From the NCBI GenBank assembly GCA_965240465.1, contig OZ251219.1, positions 1,408,001 through 1,472,000 of the forward strand: DNA of 64,000 bases, written 5' to 3'. Below are positions 8,457-17,232 of the stretch, piece after piece. The stretch comes from a bacterium. Lineage in GTDB: Bacteria; SAR324; JACQKK01. A model generated the notes under the pieces. That model was not told the origin of the DNA. It ran no database searches and saw nothing but the letters and a program-made list of their open reading frames with translations. The position numbers and the translations under genes are program-made. Position 1 is the first letter of the stretch, and every line of letters starts with the position of its first letter.

Positions 8457-9989
8457 ATGTCCCTTAAACCTTGCCAAACTAATTGCTTCTTTAAGGCAAT
8501 AGCAGAACCACGCAAAACTGGCAATATTTACATAGCATGGCTGGTTGTGTTCCTACTGTTGCCTACGGGTACGGTGCGGGCAGAAAAAGCGATCTCTAGT
8601 TCTATGGTCGGCGTCACGGTGAGTGCTAATAGCTGGAAAGCTAAGCTTCCCTGGCTGGCACACCGAGAAATTTCCCGTAGTGGCAGCGCGGTGGTGGTCG
8701 CCGGGCAAAAACTTTTAACCACAGCTAATCTGGTATCCAATGCCAAAGTGATTCAAATCCGCAAGAATGGAAAGCCACAGAATTACAATGCAATCGTAGC
8801 AAGAATAGATTACGCCGCCAATTTGGCTTTGCTAAGCGTCAATGAAAAGGCTTTTTGGCATGGATTAGAACCGCTATCTATTTCGCAACTGCCCACAGGA
8901 CTTCTAAACTTCAACATTAACCGCTGGCAAGACGGTCGTTTTGAGCAAGGTAGTGCCGAAGTTATTAGATATAGCCAGCATACTTCATTTTATGATTTGC
9001 TACTGGAAACACCTGCTCTCTGGGCAAGTACCAGTTTACAGAAAGTCCTCAATGGGGAGGCTGCCATCTACAACAATCAATTGGTAGGGCTGGCTGCTTA
9101 TAAAAATAAGAACGAAGTACGTCTGATACCCAGTAGCTTGCTGGCATCCTTTGTGGAATCCTTTGCGGCATCCACACTAGCCCGAGGGTCCATATTCATC
9201 CACCGCGGTTTTGATTGGCAAGCCCTTAATCATCCTCACCTGCAGGAACACTTCTCTATCCCCAAAAACGGACATGGAGTACGCGTAAATGAAATTTTCG
9301 CCGAAGGATTTGGCTCTCAAGAATTGCAAAAAAATGACATTCTGCTTGATATAATCGGTTTTGCTATAGATTCTGAAGGGGGTATTAAACACCCTCGTTA
9401 TGGGATAATTCCCTTTACTGTAGTGTTGAATATCACCTCCAGTCCCAGCATTCCTATCAAGCTGATGCGCAATAAACAATTGCTGACGGTTAATGTCAAG
9501 CGAGAGAAAATCTCCTATACGGGTGTTAACATCCATCCTCCCCTGCGTGATGTCCAACCGCAATATGTTGTTTTCGGGGGGCTCATTCTACAGGAGCTCA
9601 GGTTAGATTACCTGCAAAGTTGGGGGGCAAACTGGAAACAAATAGCACCAAAAAGACTAACCTTAGAATACTTACTTAACTCAAGAAGACGCCTTAATCA
9701 AAAAGCATCCCGCGTGGTCATTGTTTCTGAAGTACTATCAGACCCCATTAATTTAGACTACAAAAATGCGGAAGATGTCATCATCCAGTCTGTCAATGGG
9801 CTGGAAGTCAATTCTCTAAAAGATCTTCAACAAGCACTGAAGGTCCCCAAAAACCAACATCACATTTTCAGCCCTATGCCCGGTAAAAATATCGGATTGC
9901 TAGTCTTTCCCGCGGCTGAAATGGAGCAAGCCAACCAGCGTATCGCCAAAAAATACCAGATTCCTGTTGGAACACTGCCACAGCTATAA
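8457..9989 (+). CDS. Deg-like pseudoprotease with PDZ domains (catalytic triad lost)
   Basis: Collinear with the upstream paralog (SGSAVVV, QYVVFGGLILQEL), but LTTANLV, YAANLALL and KVLNGEAA replace the His, Asp and Ser motifs. Confidence 0.85.
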   Translation: MSLKPCQTNCFFKAIAEPRKTGNIYIAWLVVFLLLPTGTVRAEKAISSSMVGVTVSANSWKAKLPWLAHREISRSGSAVVVAGQKLLTTANLVSNAKVIQIRKNGKPQNYNAIVARIDYAANLALLSVNEKAFWHGLEPLSISQLPTGLLNFNINRWQDGRFEQGSAEVIRYSQHTSFYDLLLETPALWASTSLQKVLNGEAAIYNNQLVGLAAYKNKNEVRLIPSSLLASFVESFAASTLARGSIFIHRGFDWQALNHPHLQEHFSIPKNGHGVRVNEIFAEGFGSQELQKNDILLDIIGFAIDSEGGIKHPRYGIIPFTVVLNITSSPSIPIKLMRNKQLLTVNVKREKISYTGVNIHPPLRDVQPQYVVFGGLILQELRLDYLQSWGANWKQIAPKRLTLEYLLNSRRRLNQKASRVVIVSEVLSDPINLDYKNAEDVIIQSVNGLEVNSLKDLQQALKVPKNQHHIFSPMPGKNIGLLVFPAAEMEQANQRIAKKYQIPVGTLPQL

Positions 9990-10012
9990 AGGCACCGTAA
10001 AAGCACCGAAGG

Positions 10013-11308
10013 TTATCGCTCAGTCTTAGTATGGCTAAGAGAAGCACCTGCCGTTTTTTTGAGTACTTCTATTTCAATGGCGATAATCCGCTGGGGGTCG
10101 CGTTCTGTAACTCGGAATAGGTGATTGTTATACTGGTGCTCCCAGCTAAGCGGGGGCAGATGACCTGCTTGCTCAATAATAAACCCACCTAGGCTTTCAT
10201 AGCTGCGTTCTTCGGGAAACTCTAGTCCTAGTTTGTTTTCTAGGTCGCTGATGCTAATACGAGCATCGGCACGCAGGGTGTGATCCCCTATGGGTAGTAG
10301 TTTTAGATCTTCTTGATCTTGTTCATCTTGGATTTCACCCATTAGCTCTTCTAAAATGTCCTCCATGGTGATAAATCCACTGGTGCCTCCAAATTCATCT
10401 ACCACGATAATCATATGAGAGCGTTCTTTTTGCATAATGCGAAACACTTTTGGAATAAGCATTGATTCTGGTACAAACAAAGGCTTGAGAAGTTGTCGGG
10501 CGAGGTAGCTATTTTTTTCAGCCGGATCATCTTTCAATAAGTCTTTGGTATAGAAGATGCCTTGGATGTTGTCGCTATTATTGCTAAATACAGGAATGCG
10601 ACTATAACCACTTTCTTTGGCAATCGTGATAAGTTCTTCGCGGGAGGTTTTCACCGAAACGGATAGCATTTCTGTACGTGGCCGCATAACTTCACGGGTG
10701 GATGTGTCATGGAATTTGAGTACCGCAACCAGTAGGCGTTCTTGTTCAGCCTCCAGTGTGCCTTGTCTACCAGCCATCAGCAGCATATAGTTTAGCTCTT
10801 CCAAAGTTACTACTTGGTTATGATTCAACTGATTCCTGCCCAGCAAAGACATCAGCTTATTAACGACTATGCTTATAAGTCTGGTGAGGGGGTATACTGC
10901 CGCATGGAATACCACGACGATATTCATCGCCAGAGGGGCTAATTGAGGAGCATAAACTCTAGCAAAAGCTTTAGGGGTAATCTCACTACTAAACAGCAAT
11001 AGCAAGGTCATACCGCCAATTACGGCGGCAATGGCATTAGACTGTAGCAGACGGTTGGCTAAGTCGGTAGCTAGCACGCTAGCAGTGATATTAAATAAAT
11101 TGTTGCCAATTAGAATGCTAGTCAGCATATCTCCAGGGTTTTTCTGCCAGATAGACAAACTCTTTGCCCATCTCGGATATTTCTTTTGCAACTGCTCCAG
11201 TTTAGCCAGCGACAATGAGGTTAAAGCAGTCTCTGAACCAGAGAACACCCCAGACATCAGCAGGCACAGCAGAATGCCTGTTAACTCCCATGTTGTGTCC
11301 ACAAACAC
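10013..11308 (-). CDS. Hemolysin-family/CNNM protein (DUF21 + 2 CBS + CorC_HlyC)
   Basis: FSGSETAL, SEITPK, GYSRIPV, VVDEFGGTSGFITMEDILEELMGEI. Confidence 0.95.
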   Translation of the reverse strand: MFVDTTWELTGILLCLLMSGVFSGSETALTSLSLAKLEQLQKKYPRWAKSLSIWQKNPGDMLTSILIGNNLFNITASVLATDLANRLLQSNAIAAVIGGMTLLLLFSSEITPKAFARVYAPQLAPLAMNIVVVFHAAVYPLTRLISIVVNKLMSLLGRNQLNHNQVVTLEELNYMLLMAGRQGTLEAEQERLLVAVLKFHDTSTREVMRPRTEMLSVSVKTSREELITIAKESGYSRIPVFSNNSDNIQGIFYTKDLLKDDPAEKNSYLARQLLKPLFVPESMLIPKVFRIMQKERSHMIIVVDEFGGTSGFITMEDILEELMGEIQDEQDQEDLKLLPIGDHTLRADARISISDLENKLGLEFPEERSYESLGGFIIEQAGHLPPLSWEHQYNNHLFRVTERDPQRIIAIEIEVLKKTAGASLSHTKTER

Positions 11309-11699
11309 TCCATTTGAAGGTGACGATTAATTTTTTGGCATTTGTAGCTATTCAGCCTGCCTACACAGGTAATTAATTCCCTGTTGATTAGCACCGTGGT
11401 CGTTATTGTGTCTAAGGCAAACGCATGCCTAAAACCAGATAATAGGTATGCAAACATGCCACAGGCACAATAACGACCACAACCACGACTAGGAGGCTGA
11501 TCTTCTTGATACATATAATCACGCTGAAAAATTATCCATACAGATATGCCTGTACTCCAAGAGTACTTACACATCCACAGGAAGCTATTCTCCCACAAAG
11601 TTAACAAAAAGTGCAAGTTTTTTCAATTTTTTGCAAAAAAATCAGTAACAGGTTTTTTTAGAGGAAGATATAACATAGGTGCTTATCATTTACGGCTTC

Positions 11700-12866
11700 C
11701 TAGAAAAAATCTCCATAAAAATTTAGCAACCAGCTGAGCAGAATTACTTGAGGCAGGGAGATCAGGGGTAGTAGCAAGGAAATTCTCCAGTTCTTAGTGA
11801 CTTCTTTAATGCCCATTATTTCGGTGGCATCAGTGGCTACCCCAGCCATCATAAAAGCAAACGCATTGCCTGGTGCACCAGCACGATTTGCTAAATCGGC
11901 AGCTAAAGGTACCGAACCTTCTGAGCAAACCTCAATTATAGTCGCTGCCAGCAAGGTAATGGATAATCCCAATAACGAAGGTCCCAGCCAAGCAGTGAAT
12001 TGTTCGGGTGTCAGGAATGTACGCACCGCTGCCGAAATAACTACTCCTAACAGCAACCAGCGGATAATCATGCGTGATCCTAGCAGGCTGTCGCGGATGA
12101 ATTTCAGTAACATTAGGGGGCCCCAACGAATCTTGGATATTTTAGCTAAGTAACGGCGAAGTTCTTGTTTTAATGAAAATTGAGAATCAGAATAAGAGTA
12201 GGGATTGGCAGGTATAAATCCTGCTGTTTCAACCAAATCAATCAGCAACCCTGTGATGATGGCTATCAAAAAAGAGCCGAAGAAGAAAACCAGCGTGAGA
12301 GGCCAGCCCACCAAGCTGATGAGGATGATTGTCAAACTGAGTGAATTCCAAGGGCTGGCAACCAAGAAAGCAACCATTTGGGCAGCAGAGGCACCACGTT
12401 CATAAAAACGCAGGCCGATTAATAGTACTCCGTGGCTACAAACATCAAATAGCAACCCCGCGGTAGCAGCCCTCAAAATGCCGTTAAAACTGCCCCGAGA
12501 ACCCAAAGCTGCCATAACCAGCTCCCTAGGCAGAGCTCCAACTAAGCCAAAGGCTAGAATACCTAGCGTCAAGCCCCATAGCATGGTGTTCAAAATGCTG
12601 TAGATATCATGTACAAAGCTACCAATGGTGCTACCTTCCAGCATTCCATGAAATCCCCAGTGCGACAGATAAGCTACCAAGCATCCCAAAAAGCTAAGGA
12701 TAAACAGCCAGTCTTTGGACTTGAACCAAGCACTCAATGAAAAAACCTTAGCCCGCTCAGACGAATCAGGACAAGCAACACAGCTACTCTTAATCGCAAC
12801 TCCAAGCGATACTGTCTTTGCCTCGGCAGAAGCTGTATCTGAGGAAAACCAATTCATAATGCTCAC
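11700..12866 (-). CDS. Permease of the ArsP/UPF0718 family
   Basis: Duplicated multi-TM halves with DVCSHG and EVCSEG motifs; FLVASPW. Confidence 0.75.
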   Translation of the reverse strand: MSIMNWFSSDTASAEAKTVSLGVAIKSSCVACPDSSERAKVFSLSAWFKSKDWLFILSFLGCLVAYLSHWGFHGMLEGSTIGSFVHDIYSILNTMLWGLTLGILAFGLVGALPRELVMAALGSRGSFNGILRAATAGLLFDVCSHGVLLIGLRFYERGASAAQMVAFLVASPWNSLSLTIILISLVGWPLTLVFFFGSFLIAIITGLLIDLVETAGFIPANPYSYSDSQFSLKQELRRYLAKISKIRWGPLMLLKFIRDSLLGSRMIIRWLLLGVVISAAVRTFLTPEQFTAWLGPSLLGLSITLLAATIIEVCSEGSVPLAADLANRAGAPGNAFAFMMAGVATDATEIMGIKEVTKNWRISLLLPLISLPQVILLSWLLNFYGDFF

Positions 12867-13181
12867 TTATTGCTTGTCTTCCTTTAATAATTCTTCTAAA
12901 GTTTTGGCGGTAGGAAGGGGTTCTTGCTTTTCAAATATAGTGGGATACTTTTCACACTCCTCTGCGTTCAGCTTGATATAGCTACTCCACTTCTCAGGCA
13001 CTTGATCTTCAGGATAAATCGCTTCCACAGGACACTGTGCCACGCATAAATCGCAATCAATACAAACCTCAGGGTTGATATATAACATCTCTTTACCCTC
13101 GTGAAATGCCTCTACGGGGCATACTTCAGCGCAATCGGTGTACTTGCAGTTTCTACAGTGGGCAGTAATCACATAGGTCAT
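12867..13181 (-). CDS. fdxA: 7Fe-type ferredoxin (FdxA/FdI family)
   Basis: MTYVITAHCRNCKYTDCAEVCPV...YINPEVCIDCDLCVAQCPVEAI; ATG at 13181. Confidence 0.9.
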   Translation of the reverse strand: MTYVITAHCRNCKYTDCAEVCPVEAFHEGKEMLYINPEVCIDCDLCVAQCPVEAIYPEDQVPEKWSSYIKLNAEECEKYPTIFEKQEPLPTAKTLEELLKEDKQ

Positions 13182-13375
13182 TATTGACTTTTTTATTAAG
13201 GTAGAACAAAGCCCATTGGGTATAGTAACATCATAAGCTACCAAATGTCACTAATATAACTGATGAAGTGTATTTACCAGTGCACTGCCATAGCAAGCAA
13301 AAAAGCAAGCAGTTTGTTTATTCAGCAGGTAGTACGGTAACTAGTGAAATCTCATCATCAAACCACTCTCAAATA

Positions 13376-14311
13376 ATGATGACCAGCACTGGCAAAAGAA
13401 TGAGATTGAAAAACTGGTGGGTAGCTACTCGTCCTCATTCTTTGGGAGCAACTATCTCACCTTGTCTGGTGGTGGCTGCGTTAGCGTTTCGGCAAGGTTC
13501 GGGGGATTGGATTTTGTGGTTAGCGATTTTAACTGCCGTTTTATTGGTACAGATAGGGGCAAATTTTACCGATGAATTCTCAGACCATAGTACCACAGTT
13601 GATAAATATCCCGCCCCGCACAAGGTGATTGCGAGAGGCTTGTTGACGGCAGTGGAAGTACGTAGGGGAGCGTTGGTGGTATTTAGCGTGGCAACGACCT
13701 TGGGCATATGGATATTATCGCAGGCGGGGTGGAGCTTACTGCCCTTGTGCTTAGCAGCGGTAGCTATCGCTTGGTTTTATAGTGCTGGTAATTATCCTTG
13801 GGGAGATTGGGCGTTAGGCGAGATATTGGTATTTTTGGCGTTGGGACCGGGCTTGATTGCAGGAGGAGTACGAGTGTTGACAGGGGTGTGGTCGTCTGAG
13901 GCGGTTTGGTATTCGTTGCCGTTAGGGGCGTTGGTTAGTGCCATTTTGTTGTTAAACAATCTGCGTGATGAGGCAGAAGATCGCCATCAAGGTAGGCGAA
14001 CCTTAGTTACTCAATTAGGGCATAGGGGAGGAGTTATTTTGCTAATAGGGATATTTTTAATTGTAATGGCTTGGCCTTTGCTAAACATGGTTCTTCACTC
14101 AACTGAGGTAGGTAGGTTTTGGACGATGCTGGTCTGGTTAAGTACTCCATTGCTGTGGCGTGCTTGGCGAGTAGTTCATTTATCGGCTGAGGATGCCCGG
14201 TCATGCTTGCATGAGGGCTTGCGAATAACCGCAGCGGCACATCTTTGTTATGGGTTTTTGCTAGCCTTAGCTTTGTTGCTTGAGGCACAACTACCCCTAG
14301 CAAGCAATTAG
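13376..14311 (+). CDS. menA: 1,4-dihydroxy-2-naphthoate prenyltransferase (UbiA family)
   Basis: ATRPHSL, QIGANFTDEFSD, LLLNNLRDEAEDRHQGRRTL; start uncertain (13376 or 13400). Confidence 0.85.
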   Translation: MMTSTGKRMRLKNWWVATRPHSLGATISPCLVVAALAFRQGSGDWILWLAILTAVLLVQIGANFTDEFSDHSTTVDKYPAPHKVIARGLLTAVEVRRGALVVFSVATTLGIWILSQAGWSLLPLCLAAVAIAWFYSAGNYPWGDWALGEILVFLALGPGLIAGGVRVLTGVWSSEAVWYSLPLGALVSAILLLNNLRDEAEDRHQGRRTLVTQLGHRGGVILLIGIFLIVMAWPLLNMVLHSTEVGRFWTMLVWLSTPLLWRAWRVVHLSAEDARSCLHEGLRITAAAHLCYGFLLALALLLEAQLPLASN

Positions 14312-14316
14312 AGCTC

Positions 14317-14904
14317 TTATAAACCTCGCAAGGAATCTTTCCATGATCTAGTGGGGGCGGTATTCACAATTTCTTCTGTAATTTGCTTAACGTAGTCTGG
14401 AGGTAGTTCACCTAAGATCTTTGCAGCCTTGTCTGCCTTCATTTTTACTAATATCTGCACGGCAATATCCTGTTTTAAGCTTTGCAGACGCTCTGAAGCC
14501 TGCTTGGGAGACATCCCATTAAACAAGGCTACTACCCGCTTTACATTGCCTTGTTCGGCCTCCAGTGCTTGCAAAGACTCTTGTAGCTTTTGCTGTGTTT
14601 TAGCTAGATCTGCCAATTCTTTTTGAATATTTTGTTGTAAATTACGCAATTCTCCTTCTTGGCGAGTTAACAGCCTATCACGCTCATCAAGACTACGCTG
14701 CCTATTCACTAACGAGCTCAGTACTCGTTGCTCTTTTACAGCCGAAGCCTCCACCCCAGCAGGAGTAAATCCTAATCGGGAAAATTTTACCAACTGCATC
14801 CAGTCCTTCAGTTGCTCACGACCAATATCAGTGAATGAGAGAGTGGTCGTAAATACTGTAAAACCTGCCAATAATGCCACCGATGTCCACAGCAACCAAC
14901 GCAT
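14317..14904 (-). CDS. MotE/FlbB-like protein (signal/TM, coiled coil, MgtE-N-like domain)
   Basis: AGGAG RBS; coiled coil, then FNGMSPKQASERL...AVQILVKMKADKAAKIL. Confidence 0.75.
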   Translation of the reverse strand: MRWLLWTSVALLAGFTVFTTTLSFTDIGREQLKDWMQLVKFSRLGFTPAGVEASAVKEQRVLSSLVNRQRSLDERDRLLTRQEGELRNLQQNIQKELADLAKTQQKLQESLQALEAEQGNVKRVVALFNGMSPKQASERLQSLKQDIAVQILVKMKADKAAKILGELPPDYVKQITEEIVNTAPTRSWKDSLRGL

Positions 14905-15093
14905 TTGTTAATCTCCTAAAAGTAATCTTAGACCCTAACGCTCATCAGAGTTTATGCAAACTTCCTTCCAAATATCTTAATTTTTATTACTTATATCACC
15001 CGTTAATCCCAGTATATCTGTGCTAAGATGGCTGGGGAGGGAGGACAAAATAACAAGAAAATCTGTCTAAACAAGGCTGGGCGAGAAAATACT

Positions 15094-16614
15094 ATGAAGC
15101 AGGTGGTTATGGTGGGGCGAGTTAATGTGGGGAAATCAACGCTGTTTAATCGCTTGGTGGGTAGGCGGGAAGCATTGGTTAGTGAGGTGGCTGGGGCGAC
15201 TCGTGACATTCGCTGGGGTGAGGTGGTTGATAATAGAAAAAGCAAAAGAAGGGAAAAGCGGAAAGTACTAAAAGAATCAGCCGATAAACAAGAATCTGCA
15301 TACAATGCTGTCACAAAGGAAATCCTATTTCGGCTAGCCGACACTGCTGGCTTAAATACTGGAGATGGAATGGTACATCGTTTGTCACAGAAGGTCTTGC
15401 AAGTAGCCGACTATGTATGGCTAGTGATAGATGCCCATGAAGCAGATAAGGGATTAACAGCCGATGAGCAGAAACTAGCTTGCAAGTTAAGGCGGAGTGG
15501 AAATAATTTTTGTGTGGTGCTGAACAAGTCAGAAAGAAATAGCCACTTGGCAGAGGGAGAGCAAACAGAAGCAGAAGCAGAAGGGTTACGCTTAGGAAAC
15601 GATTTGTTCTGTGTCTCTGCTACACACGGGATTGGATTGGATAACTTGATAAGACACACTCAGGCTTTCTTGGAGGTGAACAGAAGCCAAAGAAATTATG
15701 ATGATACAGTTCGCATGACAAGAAAAGCAGACTCTGCCCCCACAGATGAGCCTGTAGATAAGCCAGCAATTGAAAATTCAATCAGTACTGCAAGCAACCC
15801 AGATGGAGATTTGCAGTTAATGATGTTAGGACGTCCGAATGTGGGCAAGTCATCGCTGGTGAACATGCTATTGGGTGAGGAGCGGATGGTAGTGTCTGAG
15901 GTAGCCGGCGAAACACATGAAGCCATCTCGCTCAAGCTACCCAGAGAGGTAGTTACAAAGGCATTAGGTGCTGGATGTCCTCAGTGGCAGGTGGCGGATA
16001 GCGTGGGAATACGTCGCCAAGCACGCATTGGGGGCGATTTAGAGCGTTTAGGGGTGGCACATAGCTTGCGGATGCTACGCAGGGCGGATGTACTGGTGTT
16101 AGTGTTGGATGCTTCTCAGTCTCCCAGTCGTCAGGATGCACGCTTGGCGTCCATGGTATTACGCTCGGGCTGTGGATTGGTGATAGCGATGAATAAGTGG
16201 GATTTATTAACCGCTGATCAAAGGCGTTCAGCAGAGCGAAACATTGCAGAAAAACTATTTTTTGCGGGCTTTGCTCCACGGGTAGCCACCAGTACAATAC
16301 TAGGAAGCGGCGGCGGACGCCTACTACGCGTGGTCAGGCGGGTACAAAGGGAGCATGGTCGCAAACTTAGGTCAGTGGATCTTAACAGGGCTTTGGAGTC
16401 CATGGTGGTCAATCGTCCACCGCCAGCTGTAGCAGGGCATACCACCAGACTCCTGTACGCCACCCAGACCGACATCAACCCCCCATGCTTTCGCTTGTTC
16501 ACCAACCACCCCGAACAAATACCCGCTTCTTATTCACGATACATTGAGGGGCAAATACGACATCACTTCGGCTTCTTGGGTACCCCGCTCCGATTGATTT
16601 GGCAAGGTAAATAA
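15094..16614 (+). CDS. der: Ribosome biogenesis double GTPase Der (EngA), divergent
   Basis: Two G domains (GRVNVGKS, DTAG, NKSE; GRPNVGKSS, DSVG, NKWD) and a KH-like C-terminus (YATQ...PP.F, SYSRYIE...FGFLGTPLRL). Confidence 0.92.
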   Translation: MKQVVMVGRVNVGKSTLFNRLVGRREALVSEVAGATRDIRWGEVVDNRKSKRREKRKVLKESADKQESAYNAVTKEILFRLADTAGLNTGDGMVHRLSQKVLQVADYVWLVIDAHEADKGLTADEQKLACKLRRSGNNFCVVLNKSERNSHLAEGEQTEAEAEGLRLGNDLFCVSATHGIGLDNLIRHTQAFLEVNRSQRNYDDTVRMTRKADSAPTDEPVDKPAIENSISTASNPDGDLQLMMLGRPNVGKSSLVNMLLGEERMVVSEVAGETHEAISLKLPREVVTKALGAGCPQWQVADSVGIRRQARIGGDLERLGVAHSLRMLRRADVLVLVLDASQSPSRQDARLASMVLRSGCGLVIAMNKWDLLTADQRRSAERNIAEKLFFAGFAPRVATSTILGSGGGRLLRVVRRVQREHGRKLRSVDLNRALESMVVNRPPPAVAGHTTRLLYATQTDINPPCFRLFTNHPEQIPASYSRYIEGQIRHHFGFLGTPLRLIWQGK

Positions 16615-16640
16615 GCAAAAAAGGTGTCTTTTAGGTTGAA

Positions 16641-16799
16641 TTATAGTTTGGTTTCTACAAACCAAACATGCTTTCTGACACGGGGGTCATATTTTTTCAA
16701 ACGCAGCTTTTCAGTCTGGTTCTGCTTGTTCTTTGAGGTGGTATAAAAGCTACCAGATACCTCAGACTTTAAATGGACGGTTTCACGATTTACAGCCAT
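16641..16799 (-). CDS. rpmG: 50S ribosomal protein L33, Cys-free type (not in the ORF track)
   Basis: Manual translation [62 protein letters not shown]. Confidence 0.95.
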   Translation of the reverse strand: MAVNRETVHLKSEVSGSFYTTSKNKQNQTEKLRLKKYDPRVRKHVWFVETKL

Positions 16800-16857
16800 A
16801 ACAGTATCTCCCTTGCTTTAGGGTGGCAGATTTATCTAGCATCCGCAAGTACAAAAA

Positions 16858-17157
16858 TTAATCATCAAATAAGGCTTTTAGATTATCTCGTGCGGTTTCT
16901 ACTTCTGAAGAATTGTCTGCAGTTATAGGAGGTCCTTCACGGAAGAAGTCACAGAAATTAGCAACGGTTTTGTCTTTCACAAGTTCGGCAGAGGGCTCTT
17001 GGCACTGGTTAGGAGCATCTTTGCTATAAAAGGAACACATTCTACAGCAACGCAACCAAGAAGAACATCGGGGACAGGTGGCTTGTCTCCCTAGTGGCTG
17101 AGGGAGGTCAGAGATGTTGATGCTACAACTCCAACATGATAAAGGTGTTTTAGTCAT
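16858..17157 (-). CDS. Cys-rich, probably zinc-binding, hypothetical protein
   Basis: CWSC...CPRC...CCRMC...C..PSAELVKDK..ANFCDFF; AAAGGA RBS. Confidence 0.75.
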   Translation of the reverse strand: MTKTPLSCWSCSINISDLPQPLGRQATCPRCSSWLRCCRMCSFYSKDAPNQCQEPSAELVKDKTVANFCDFFREGPPITADNSSEVETARDNLKALFDD

Positions 17158-17232
17158 TGGCGGTACTGGTCCTTTTTGTAATCCTTAAAGCATTAGCATT
17201 ATGGAGAAAAAGTAAGTATACACAAAAGCACA

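Noticed and set aside
9989-10012. Short direct repeat GCACCG x2 between convergent genes
   Set aside because: Too short to separate from chance; no hairpin.
11281-11616. 111-aa minus-strand ORF upstream of the CNNM gene
   Set aside because: Its TTG start coincides with a promoter-like TTGCAC, there is no recognisable domain, and it overlaps the next gene. A small protein cannot be excluded.
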